Source: the human T2T-CHM13v2.0 reference genome, Homo sapiens. From it: a DNA stretch of 64,000 bases. The position numbers and the translations under genes are program-made. The DNA lies in assembly GCF_009914755.1 (NCBI RefSeq), contig NC_060925.1, one strand, 5' to 3'. Under the pieces are notes generated by a model. It ran no database searches. It was not told where the DNA came from and saw only the letters and a program-made list of their open reading frames with translations. Position 1 is the first letter of the stretch. Each line of letters begins with the position of its first letter. This document shows, in pieces, positions 1 through 10,850 of the stretch.

Positions 1-1444
1 TCCAGAATCTCATCCGAGACAAGGCAAATCTCTTCTACCTATGAGTCTGTAAAATTAAAAGCAGGTTAATTACTTTTTAGATACAGTGGGGGTACAGGTA
101 TTTGGTAAACACTGCCATTCCAAATAGCCAAAATAAGGAAGCTACAGGCCCCATGTAAGTCCGAAATCCAACAGGGCAGTCAAATACTAAAGCTCCAAAG
201 TGATCTCTTTGACTCGATGTCTCACATCTAGATCATGCTGATGCAAGAGGTGGGTTCCCATGGTCTTGGGCAGCTCCACTCCTGTGGCTCTGCCGGGTAC
301 AGTATCCCTCTCAGCTGCTTTCACATGCTGGCAATGAGTGTCTGCAGGTTTTCTAGGTGCATTGTGCAAGGTGTAGGTGGGTCTACCATTCAGAGGCCTG
401 GAGGATAGTGGCCCTCTTCTCATAGGCAGTGCCCTCCACTAGGTAGTGCCCCAGTAGGGACTCTGTGTGGGGGTTCTGACCCCACATTTCCCTTCCATAC
501 TGCCCTAGCAGAGGTCCTCCATGAGAACCCCACCCTTGCAGCAAACTTCTGCTTGGACATCTAGACGTTTTCATACATCTTCTGAAATCTAGGTGGAGGT
601 TCCCAAACCTCAATTCTTGACTTCTGTGCACTCACAGACTCAACATTACATGGAAACTGCCGAGGCTTGGGGCTTGTACCCTCTGAAGCCATGGTCCAAG
701 GTCTATGTTGACCCCTTTCAGCCACAACTGGAGCAGCTGGGATGCAGGGCACAAATTCCCTAGGCTGCACACAGCATGGGGACCCTGGGCACGGCCCACA
801 AAACCATCTTTGACTCCTAGGCCTCTGGGCCTGTGATGGGAGGGGCTGCTGTGAAGACCTCTGACACTCCCTGGAGACATTGTCCCCATTGTCTTAGGGA
901 TTGACATTTGGCTCCTCATTACTTATGCAAACTTCTGCAGCCAGAAAATGGGATTTTCTTTTCTATGGCATTGTCGTGCTGCAAATTTTTGGAACTTTTA
1001 TGTCCTGTTTCCCTGATGAAACCGAATGCCTTTAACAGCACCCAAGTCCCCTCTTGAATGCTTTGTTGTTTAGAAATTTCTTCCACCAGACAACCTAAAT
1101 CATCTCTCTCAAGTTCAAAGTTACACAAATCTCTAGGGCGGGGGCAAAATGCTGCCAGTCTCCTTGCTAAAACATAACAAGAGTCACATTTGCTCCAGTT
1201 CCCAAAAAGTTTCTCATCTCCATCTGACACCACCTCAGCCTGGATCTTATTGTTCATATCATTATCAGACTTTTGGTGAAAGACATTCAACAAGTCTTTA
1301 GGGAGTTCCAAACTTTCCCACATTTTGCTCTCTTCTTCAGAGCCCTCCACACTGTTCCAACCTTTGCCTGTTAACCATTTCCAAAGTCATTTCCACATTT
1401 TGGGTATCTTTTCAGCAATGCCCAACCTACTGGTACCAATTTAC
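1..1444 (-). mobile_element. THE1 (ERVL-MaLR) internal region, runs off the left edge of the window
   Basis: Reverse-complement similarity to the THE1 internal sequence at 36916-38485. Translated frames (e.g. 919..1350, VVSDGDEKLFGNWSK...LERDDLG) are typical of the MaLR internal ORF. Confidence 0.93.
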
Positions 1445-1678
1445 TGTATTAGTCCATTTTCACTCAGTTGATAAAGACATACCCAAGACTGGGCAATTTA
1501 CAAAAGAATGACTTGTGCAGGGGAACTCTTCTTTTTAAACCATCAGATCTTATGAGACGTATTGAGAACAGTATGGGAAAGACTTGCCCCATGATTCAAT
1601 TACCTCCCACTGGGTCCCTCCCACAATATGTGGGAATTCAAGATGAGATATGAGTGGGGATACAGCCAAACTATATCA
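1445..1678 (-). mobile_element. THE1B/C-like 5' LTR with internal deletion of roughly 110 bp
   Basis: Reads tgtattagtcc...cagccaaactatatca, the reverse complement of the THE1 LTR termini TGATATAGTTTGGCTG...CTAATACA. Only 234 bp versus about 360 bp for the other THE1 LTRs in this window. Confidence 0.9.
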
Positions 1679-4600
1679 AAAGCCTTTCCAAGGAGGACAA
1701 CTACAAATAAGTCCAGACTGTGAAGATTACAATAAACACCAAGCTCTTCAATTCCAAGACACCAAAAAGCATCCAGAAACATCAAGACCATCAAAGAAAA
1801 CATGACCTCATCAAAAGTACTAAATAAGAAATCAGGCACCAATCCTGTAGAGACAGAGATATGTGATCTTTCAGAGTAAAAATTCAAAATAACTGTTTTG
1901 AGGAAAGTCAATGAAATCCAAGACAACACAAAGAAGATATTCAGAATCCTAGCAGATAAATTTAACAAAAAGATTGTAATAATTAAGAAGTCTCAAGCAG
2001 AATTTCTAGAATTAAAAAATGCAATCGACATACTGGAGAATGCAGCGGTGTTTTACCAGCAGAATTGATGAAGCAGAAGAAAGAACTGGTGAACTTTAAG
2101 AGAGGCTTTCTGGCAATACTGAGAGGAAACAAAGTGAAACAATAATAAAAAAGAATGAAGCATGCCTACAAGATCTAGAAAATGGTTTCAAAAGGGCAAA
2201 TTAAGAGTTATTGGCCTTATAGAAGAAGTAAAGAAAGAGATTGGGGTAGAAAATTTATTGAAAGGGATAATAGAATGTCCCAAATCTAGAGAAAGTATTA
2301 ATATTAAAGTACAAGAGATTATACAAGGAGGTTTAACCCAAAGAAGACTACCTCAAGGCATTTAATAACCAAACACTCAAAGATCAAGGATAAAGAAAGG
2401 ATCCTAAAACCAGCAAGACAGAAGAAACAAGTAACATACAATGTAGCTCCAATACATCTGGTATTTTCAGATAAAACCTTACAGGTCAGAAGAAAGTGGC
2501 ATGACATACTTAAATTGCTTAAGGAAGAAACATTTTACCCTAGAATGGTGTATCCAGCAAAAATATCCTTCAAACATGAATAAAAAATAAAGACTTTCCC
2601 AGGTAAAGAAAAGCTGAAGCATTTCACAAACACCAGACTTATGCTAAAAGAAATGCCAAAGGGCGTTCTTCAGTCTGAAAGAAAAGGACATTAATGAGCA
2701 ACAATAAACCATCTGAAGGTGTAAAACTCTCTGGTAATAGTAAGTACACACAAAAACACAGAATATTCTAACACTGTAATTGTAGTGTGTAAACTACTCA
2801 TAGCTTTAGTAGAAAAACTAAAATGTGAACAGATCAACAATCTAACTGCAATGGCTTTTCAAGACATAGACAATACAATGAAATAAATAGAAACAATAAA
2901 AAGTTAAAAAGTGGGGAGATGAAGTTGAAGTGTAGAGTTTTTATTAGTTTTCTCTTTGCTTGATTGTTAGTTTGCTTATGCAATCCACGTTAAGATATGA
3001 TTTGCAAGCCTCATAAACTACTCATAGCTTGAGTACAAAGACTAAAATATGAAATGATTAAAAATATAACTACAACAAATTTTCAAGACATAGACAATGC
3101 AATGATATATAAATAGAAAAAATTAAACTTTAAAAAGTGGGGAAATGAAGTTGAAGTGTAGAGTTTTTTTCTCTTTGCTTAATTGTTAGTTTTCTTATGT
3201 AATCAGTATTAACATATTATTTGCAAGCCTCACGGTAACCTCAACAAAAACTATAACATAGATATATAAACAATAAAAAACCCAATGAATTAAAATGTAC
3301 CACTACAGGAAATTACCTTCATTAAAAGGCAGACAGGAAGAAAGGAAAAAAGGAAGGGAGGACTAGAAAACAAATAACAAAATGGCAAGAATAAGTTCTT
3401 ACTTATCAATAATAGCATTAAATGTAATTGAACTACACACTTCAATCAAAAGACACAGTAGGTGAATGGATTAAAAAAAACAGGATCCAATGGTTTTTTG
3501 CCTACAAGAAACACACCTCACCTATGAAAGACCACTTAGACTAAAAATAAAGAAATTTAAAAAAGATATTCTATGAAAATTGAAGCCAAAAAAGATCAGG
3601 AACAGCTATACTCATATCAGACAAAATACATTCCAAGACAAAAACTACTAAAAGGGACAAAGAACACCATCATAAAAGAAAAAAAAGGTCAATTCAGAGA
3701 GAGGATATAACAATTCTAAATATGTATGCATCCAACACTGGAGCATTGAGATATATGAAGCAAATATTGTCAGAGTTAAAGAGAGAGAGATAGTTCCCCA
3801 TACAATGTTAGCTGGAGACTTCAACAGCCCATTCTCAGCACTGGACAGACCATGCAGAAAGAAAATCAACAAAGTAGCATTGAACTTAATTAGTACTGTA
3901 CATCAAATGGATCTAATAAATATTTACAGAACATTCCATCTAATGGCTGCAAAATACACATTATTCTCTTCAACATATGGATCACTCTCAAGACAGACCT
4001 TGTGTTAGGCCACAAAATAAGTCTTAAAAAATTTAAAAACACTTAATTTATATTAAGTATCTTCTCTGAACACAATGGAATAAAACTAGAGGGCAGTATA
4101 CAAGAGGAAGTTAGGAAACTGTACAAACACATGGAAATTAAATAATATGCTCCTAGATGACAATTGAGTCAATGAAGAAATTAAGAAGGAAATTTTAACA
4201 TGTTCTTAAAACAAATGATAATGAAAGCAGAGGGTACCAAAACCTATGGGATACAGAATACGGTGAAAGCAAAACTAACTGGAAAGTTAATAGTTATTAA
4301 GTGCCTACATAGAAAAAGTCAAAAAAACTTCAAATAATCAACAAAATATGGCATCTTAAAAATTAGAAAACAAACAAACAAAACTCCCAAATTAGTAGAA
4401 GAAAATAAATAAAGTTCAGTGCAGAAATAAATAAAATTGAGGCTAAAAAATACAAAAGATCAACAAAATAAAAGATGGCTTTTGAAAAGGTAAATACAAT
4501 TGACCAAACTTTAGCCAGACTAACTATGGAAAAAAGAGATAAGAATAGAGTAAATAAAATCAGAGATAAGAAAGGATACTTTGTAACTAATTCAACATAT

Positions 4601-6522
4601 CATTAGAGACTACTGTAAGCAACTATATATCTATAAGTTGTAAAACCTTCAGAAATGAATAAATTCCTAGATACATACAATCTAACAAGATTGGACCATG
4701 AAGAAAACCAAAACCTGAACAGATCAAAAACAAGTAACAAGATTGAAGCCATAATAAAATGTCTTTGAGCAAAGAAAAGCCAAGGACTCAGTAGCTTTAC
4801 TGCTGAATTTTACCAAACATTTAAAGAAGAAGCAATACAAATCCTACTCAAACTATTCCAAAAAATAGAGAAGGGGGGAATATTTCCAAACTCTTTCTAT
4901 GAGGTCAATATTATTCTGACACAAAATCCAGATTAAGACACATCAAAAAAGATAACTACAGAGCAATAACTCAAAAGAACATTAATCCAAAATTCTCCAC
5001 AAAATACTAACAAAGTGAATTCCACACAATGAGAAATCATTTATCAAAACCAATTTTGGATGTATCCCACAGATGAAAAAATGTTTTAACATGGAGAAAT
5101 CAATCAATGTGATACATCAGATCAACAGAATGAAGGATAAAAACCTTATCATCATTTCAATTGATGAAAAAAAGCACTTGATGAAATTCAACATCCCTTC
5201 ATGATAAAAACCCTCAAAAACCTGGGTATAGAAGGGATGTACATCAACATGGTGGAAGTCATATAAGAAAAACGCACAGCTAGTATCATACTGAAGGGGA
5301 AAAACCAAAAGCCTTTCCTCTAAGATCTGTAACATGGTGAGGATGCCCACTTTTACTACTGTTATTCAAACTAGTACTGAAATTTCTAGCTAGAGAAATT
5401 AGACAAGAGGAAGAAATAAATGGCATCCAAGTTGGATGAAAAGGAAGAGGTTAAATTATCCCTGTTTGCAGATAGGATCTTATATTTGGAAAAACCTAAA
5501 GGCTCCATCAAAAAACTATGAGAACTGATCGACAAATTCAGTGAAATTGCAGGATACGAAATCAACATACAAAAATCAGTAGCATTTCTACTGATTGTTT
5601 GCCAGCAGCAAACAATCTGAAAAGGAAATCAAGAAACTAATCCCACTTACAATAGCTACAAATAAAATAAAATACCTAGGAATTAACTTAACTGAAAAAC
5701 TGGAAAGATCTCAACAATGAAAAATATAAAACATTGGTGAAAGAAATTGAGAGGACACAAAAAATTGAAAGCTATTCCATGTTAACGGATTGGAAAAATC
5801 AATATTGTTAATTTATCCATACCACTTAAAGCAGTCTACAGATTTAGTGCAATGCTTATCAAAATACCAATGACATTCTTTACGGAAATAGAAAAAAATC
5901 CTAAAATGTGTATGAAACCAGAAGAGACCTAGAATAGTCAAAGGTGTCTTAAGCAAAAAGCACAAAACCGGAGGAGTCACATTACCTGATTTCAAATTAT
6001 AGTAAAGAGCTGTAGTAACCAAAAAGCATCATACTCTCATAAAAAATAGACCCATACACCAATGGAACAGAATAGAGAACCCAGAAACAAATCCACACAC
6101 CTAGAGTGAACTCATTTTCAACCAAGGTGTCAAGAACATACCTTGGGGAAAAGAGTTCCTTCAATAGATAGTACTGGGAAAACTGAATATCCATATGCAG
6201 AAGAATAAAACCAGATCTAGTCTCTTGCCATGTACAAAAATAGAATCAAAATGGACTACAGACTTAAATATAAGACCTCAAACTACGAAACAACTACAAG
6301 AAAGCTTTGAAGAAAATCTCCTGGACATGGAGCTGGGCAAAAATTTCTTGACCAATGCCCCACAAGCACAGGCAACCAAAGCAAAAATGGAAAAATGAGG
6401 TCATATCAAGTTAAAAAGCTTCTGCACATCAACAGATAGTCAACAAGGTGAAGAAACAACACAAAGAATGGGAGAAAATATTTGCAAATTACCCCTCTAA
6501 CAAGGGACCAATAAACAGAATA
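1679..6522 (+). mobile_element. L1MA-type LINE-1 (L1MA1-3-like): end of 5'UTR, ORF1, spacer and ORF2; degenerate, lacks 3'UTR
   Basis: ORF1 remnants (e.g. LRVIGLIEEVKKE), ORF2 start ATGGCAAGAATAAG at 3382, endonuclease motif GDFNSPFSALDR, RT region (gtttgcagatag, degenerate FADD). Many stops and frameshifts. Confidence 0.9.
2790..3232. repeat. Diverged ~224-bp tandem duplication in the L1 inter-ORF spacer
   Basis: taaactactcatagctt starts at 2790 and 3014; both units end in tttgcaagcctca. Confidence 0.85.
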
Positions 6523-6739
6523 ACACACACACACCCTCTTTCTCTCTCGTTTGCTTACATACATGGTGGCCAAAAATTATTTTCTCCAACTATTTTGAAC
6601 AGTGACTCATAAAGACAATTCCTTAAAAGGTTGAATATGTTACTCTATTTGTTACAGATGCACGGAACCTTATTAAGGCCTCACTCCAAGAAGACACGGG
6701 AAAACTACCACTCTGAGACAATGCTGTGATGCCCTCTAC

Positions 6740-7320
6740 TGATACCAGCAGCAATCAAAGGTGATGACATGCTTATAGTCAATAAGCCTGGAGATCCAGG
6801 GTATGAACTGATCAAAAACAGGTCTGGGTGAGTCTGGAAGCTCATTTCCTTCCCTCTTCTGATAGTTTGGCAGAGTGATGGCTTAGCTGAACTAAGCCCA
6901 TTTAAGGAGAGACAACAAGACTTGCCATGAATGGCCACATTCCTACAAGGTAAGGCTGTCCCCAGGTCTTTTAGTTGCAGACTTTGGCTCATTTTACTTA
7001 GGGAAAAGGTATACCTAGTCATTCTTAGACTAGCCTCCAAATATGTATACAGGATAGGAGCAGGACTCAGTTTCACTTATGGGTTTCCTATTAGTTGTGT
7101 TAGATCCCTCTCCACTGTAATATTGTCCATGATGCATAAAGAACATCTATGTCTGGTCTGCTTTTTGGAACAACGGGAGTTGCTGCGTCTATGTGCTGTA
7201 CTATTTCTCTGCTTGACACTTTCCCCTTAATAAGCCCTAGATCATATCTAACCTGTGTGGTGCTAGTGGTCTGCGCTCATGACCTTCATGCTGCCTACTA
7301 GAGGATTCAACTAAAGCAAT
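6740..7320 (+). mobile_element. Possible ancient ERV LTR (family unassigned)
   Basis: Higher-GC block of about 580 bp with an aataag polyA-like signal near 7230 followed by a U5-like tail. No termini or TSD confirmed. Confidence 0.3.
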
Positions 7321-7329
7321 GATGAGAAA

Positions 7330-8112
7330 AAAATCTATGGTCTAAAATGCTCATACAAATAGTCAAAAAGGAAAAAATGAATTAAGCACCTAAATAATTT
7401 AGAAAAATTAATAAAGCACAAAAGAGCAGATGGAAGAAATTAATGAAGCTGAAGCACATACTAACAAATTAAAAAACAGAAAACTAAAAAAACCTAAATT
7501 GATCATTTAAGACAAGACCACAAAAGCAGAGATAAACTGCTAAAAATTTAATTGAGATAAAGGGAGCATGAATAAGCAATATAATAAATTAAATAAAGAA
7601 ATAACCGCCAGAAGAGAGGTAATTTAAAAAAAAAAGAAGAAAATATTTGGACTACTTTAAATTTACTTTTAATGACTAAAATATAATTTACTGAAGTTAA
7701 CTCCAGGAAACATAATATCTGTGTAGCCTGATTTCCATGGCCAAAATAGCGATAGTTATAAAAGAACACCATGCCCAGATGGCTTGAGAGTGCAATTCAA
7801 TCAAAACTTTTTTTTTTTAGAAAAAGAAGTACTTTCAGTGCTATTTAAACTCTTCCGGCATAAAATGCGATAAAAGTCCAAATTCTTATTATGAAATGGG
7901 CATAACATGGGACAATTTTACAAATATTGCTCTGTAAAAATACTTTCAACTAAGTTTACTTTTGAATACAATCAAATTCCTTAATATGTTTAGCATATAG
8001 AATCCAGCAAGATATTGAAAGAATAATACATTGATTTTTAGTAGATTTGGTTACAAATATGGGTAACTATTCAATATAAGTAAAATTATCAATATGGTTT
8101 ATTATATTAACA
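7330..8112 (+). mobile_element. Old L1 (L1ME/L1M5-like) ORF2 fragment
   Basis: A-rich degenerate ORF2 motifs (cccagatggctt, ctatttaaactcttcc, aatccagcaagatattgaaagaataatac). Confidence 0.7.
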
Positions 8113-9494
8113 ACTCATTCTCTCTTGAATCTATTTCAGTTGAGTATTCACTGTCACCATTTATCTGAAATAGCACTTGTAAGTGTTGCCAATCACTCCA
8201 CAGTACTAAACTCAGTAGTTCTCAGTCCCTGTGTTTCTTAACATTTTAGTAAATTCTGATACAATGGATTTCTCTTCTTTTTAAAATATTTTCTTTACCT
8301 GACTTTTAAAACTTTGTGATAGCCTCATTTTCTCCTTCTATCTCTGGATTTTCTTTTTCAGTGTTGCTTACTGGTCCCTCCACATCTCCCGGAGCTCTCA
8401 GTGTTGGAGTCGCTAATGGCTCAATTCACAAACTTTATTTTACTAGAGCCAAACTTTAACTCTTGGCCTTCATGTTCATCTTATGGTTTGAAATAGTATC
8501 TATGCATGATGGAATCTTCAGCTCAGACCTTATGCCTGAAGTCCAGAGTGGTTATTGAACATCTCCGCTTAGAAGTGGACAATGTATCTCAACCATAGCA
8601 TATTGGAAACTGTGCTCTTGATCTTAAACTTTCTTCAAAATATATTTCTTGTGCTATCCTCTCTATCTCAGCATACAGTAACTCCATTCTTTCAAGACTG
8701 TCTTTTCATCATAACTCACATTTATTTCATTAGGAAACTTCATAAACATTACTTCTTACCACTACATGTAGAGCTAACTACCACTCTATTCCAAATCATT
8801 TCTCACTCAGATTATTGCAACAACTTCCTAAATTTCCTCTCCACTTTGCCTGTGCTCTCTTACAATCTATTCTCCATTCAACAACCCATGTAATCTTTTA
8901 AAAACGTAAGTCAGATCATTTCACTTTTCTGTTAAAAACTGACTTCCTACCTCACCCAGAGGAAAACACAAGGTTCCTATAACAGCAGTTTCACAACATG
9001 GCATCTAATCAAGTGTCTGACTTTATTTCCTGTTTTTGTCTCTTGCTCTTTTTGCTTCAGTCACTTACCATTTCTCATTTTACAGAGAATGTAACAGGTA
9101 AGCTCAAGGTTCAGAGCTTCACACAGACTGTTTCCCCCTCCTGCAGTGCTATAATTCCTCCTCTCCAAAGCTTCGCTTCCTCCTCTTTCAGATTTTTAGC
9201 TCAAAGGCCACATTTACCATGAAGCAGCCCATTTTTTTTTAAGATAGTATCTTTTTTCCCCTCAGAAATTCTATTCCCTTCCCATGCATTATTTTCTTCT
9301 TAGCACTTATGAACATCCATATTACATGTTACTTTTTCATTTTGAGGCCTGTCTCCTCCATTGGAATATAAGCTCTGCTAGGTCAGAGTTTTGTGTGCTT
9401 TCTGCACTGCTGAATTTCCAGTGCTTACAGCAATGCCTGAGACACAGTCAGCATTTGGTAATTGTTTGTTGAATGAATTGATTTAATAAATGAA
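8113..9494 (+). mobile_element. L2 (L2a-like) 3' portion
   Basis: Degenerate L2 ORF2 (tctgaaatagcacttgtaagtgttgccaat), 3'UTR, and the characteristic end tgtttgttgaatgaattg. Confidence 0.85.
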
Positions 9495-10850
9495 AAGTAG
9501 CATCTCAAATTACAGAAGAATCTAGTGGCCTACACAATAAATGATGTTGGCGCAGCACTGTAGCCATTTTTGGTCAAAAACTGGATCCACACTTAATATC
9601 AAGATACATTCCAAAGGAACCAAAGATGTAAACATGGAACAAAAATCTACCATGTAGGGTAGAAAATTTAGGGGGATTATTTTATAACCTCAGTGTAGGG
9701 AAGCTTTTATAAATATGACACAAGATCCAACAGCCATAAAAGAAAAGGTTGATAAATTAGACCACAAAATCTAAATTCTAACCATAGGGCAAATATTATG
9801 TTTAAAGAAACTCAAAAGGCAAACAACATAGAAAGAAATATTTAAAACATAGTAGAAAAAATGATTAATCTCCTTAATATGTGAGTCTATAAATTGATAT
9901 GAAAATGACCAACCCAGCAGAAATTATGGGCAAAAGATATGAACAAACAGTTCATTGTAAAGGAGATACAAGACATTTTATTTTATTTATTTTTATTTAT
10001 TTATTTATTTTTGGGTGGGGAAATGATAAGGAGTGGCTAAGCCATCTGTTTCTCTGAAAGGTCTAGGGAGATCCAGCTGCCACGTCCACCACCTGTGGAT
10101 GACACCTCCAGAGGTGATTGAAATGACCCCACTTTGCAGTCAGGAGATATGAGAAATTTTAAATGTGAAAAGATACTAAATAAGTGAATTGCAAAGTCCA
10201 AATACATAAGGGCTCAGTAAAGACTTGAGAGTTTAATAACAATTCTGTTGGCATGGGTATGGGAAACAGGAAGCCTCAAAAAATGCTGGTAATTATATAT
10301 ATGAGCACAATACTTATGGAACAAAGTTCAGCAGTATCTATCAAAATTACAAATCCATATTTCCTTTGCCGCAGAAATTCAATTTCTGAGAATATATACT
10401 TCAAGCATAGTAGTATCTCCACAAAATTATGTATATCAAGTGTAGAGTGAATTATTTAAAGGATTTTTGTAATAGCAAGTTATTGACAATTTTTAAATGA
10501 ATATCAATAGAGAACTGATTTAAATAAGTTTAATTAATGTAAAAGAAGAATGAGAAAGTCGGTATATGCAATTTGCAAAAATTTTCAAGTTATATTATTA
10601 AGTTGCATAACAGAGTTTATATGTGCAATTACTTAGGTTAAAAAGGCAAAGGGGGAAGAAAGGAGATGTATTTTTTTAAAATGTTTTAAAACTCTGGAGG
10701 CATAGTCAGGGTATCCAAAATGAGGGCTACTTGTGACTAGGAGGTGTTAAAATGAGTTGATGGGACAAGGATTGAGGGAGGAAGTTTCACTATGTAATTT
10801 AATTTTTGAACTGTGTAAATCTTAACTTTTCAATAGTGTGAATTTTCCTA
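9495..10850 (+). mobile_element. L1ME-type 3' end, interrupted at 9981-10141
   Basis: ttataacctcagtgtagggaagc, gggcaaaagatatgaacaaacagttca and gcagtatctatcaaaattacaaat resemble L1ME 3' sequence. Confidence 0.8.
9981..10141 (-). pseudogene. Short unidentified retroposed insertion (retrocopy of a small RNA, an mRNA 3' end, or an orphan transduction)
   Basis: T-rich tail at 9981-10012 and GC-richer body at 10013-10141, flanked by aggagatacaagacatttta (9961-9980) and aggagatatgagaaatttta (10142-10161), with a TTTT/AA L1-endonuclease site. Confidence 0.75.

Noticed and set aside
187-1350. Overlapping ORFs up to 143 aa
   Set aside because: Fragments of the THE1 internal region, mirrored at 37130-38222; not a host gene.
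6705-7230. Antiparallel 123-aa and 99-aa ORFs
   Set aside because: No recognisable domain; lengths are compatible with chance in a GC-richer patch.
10013-10141. Assignment to U3 or another named snoRNA
   Set aside because: Only a short gtttctctgaa match to U3. The boxes are non-canonical and on the strand opposite the tail, so no name is supportable.
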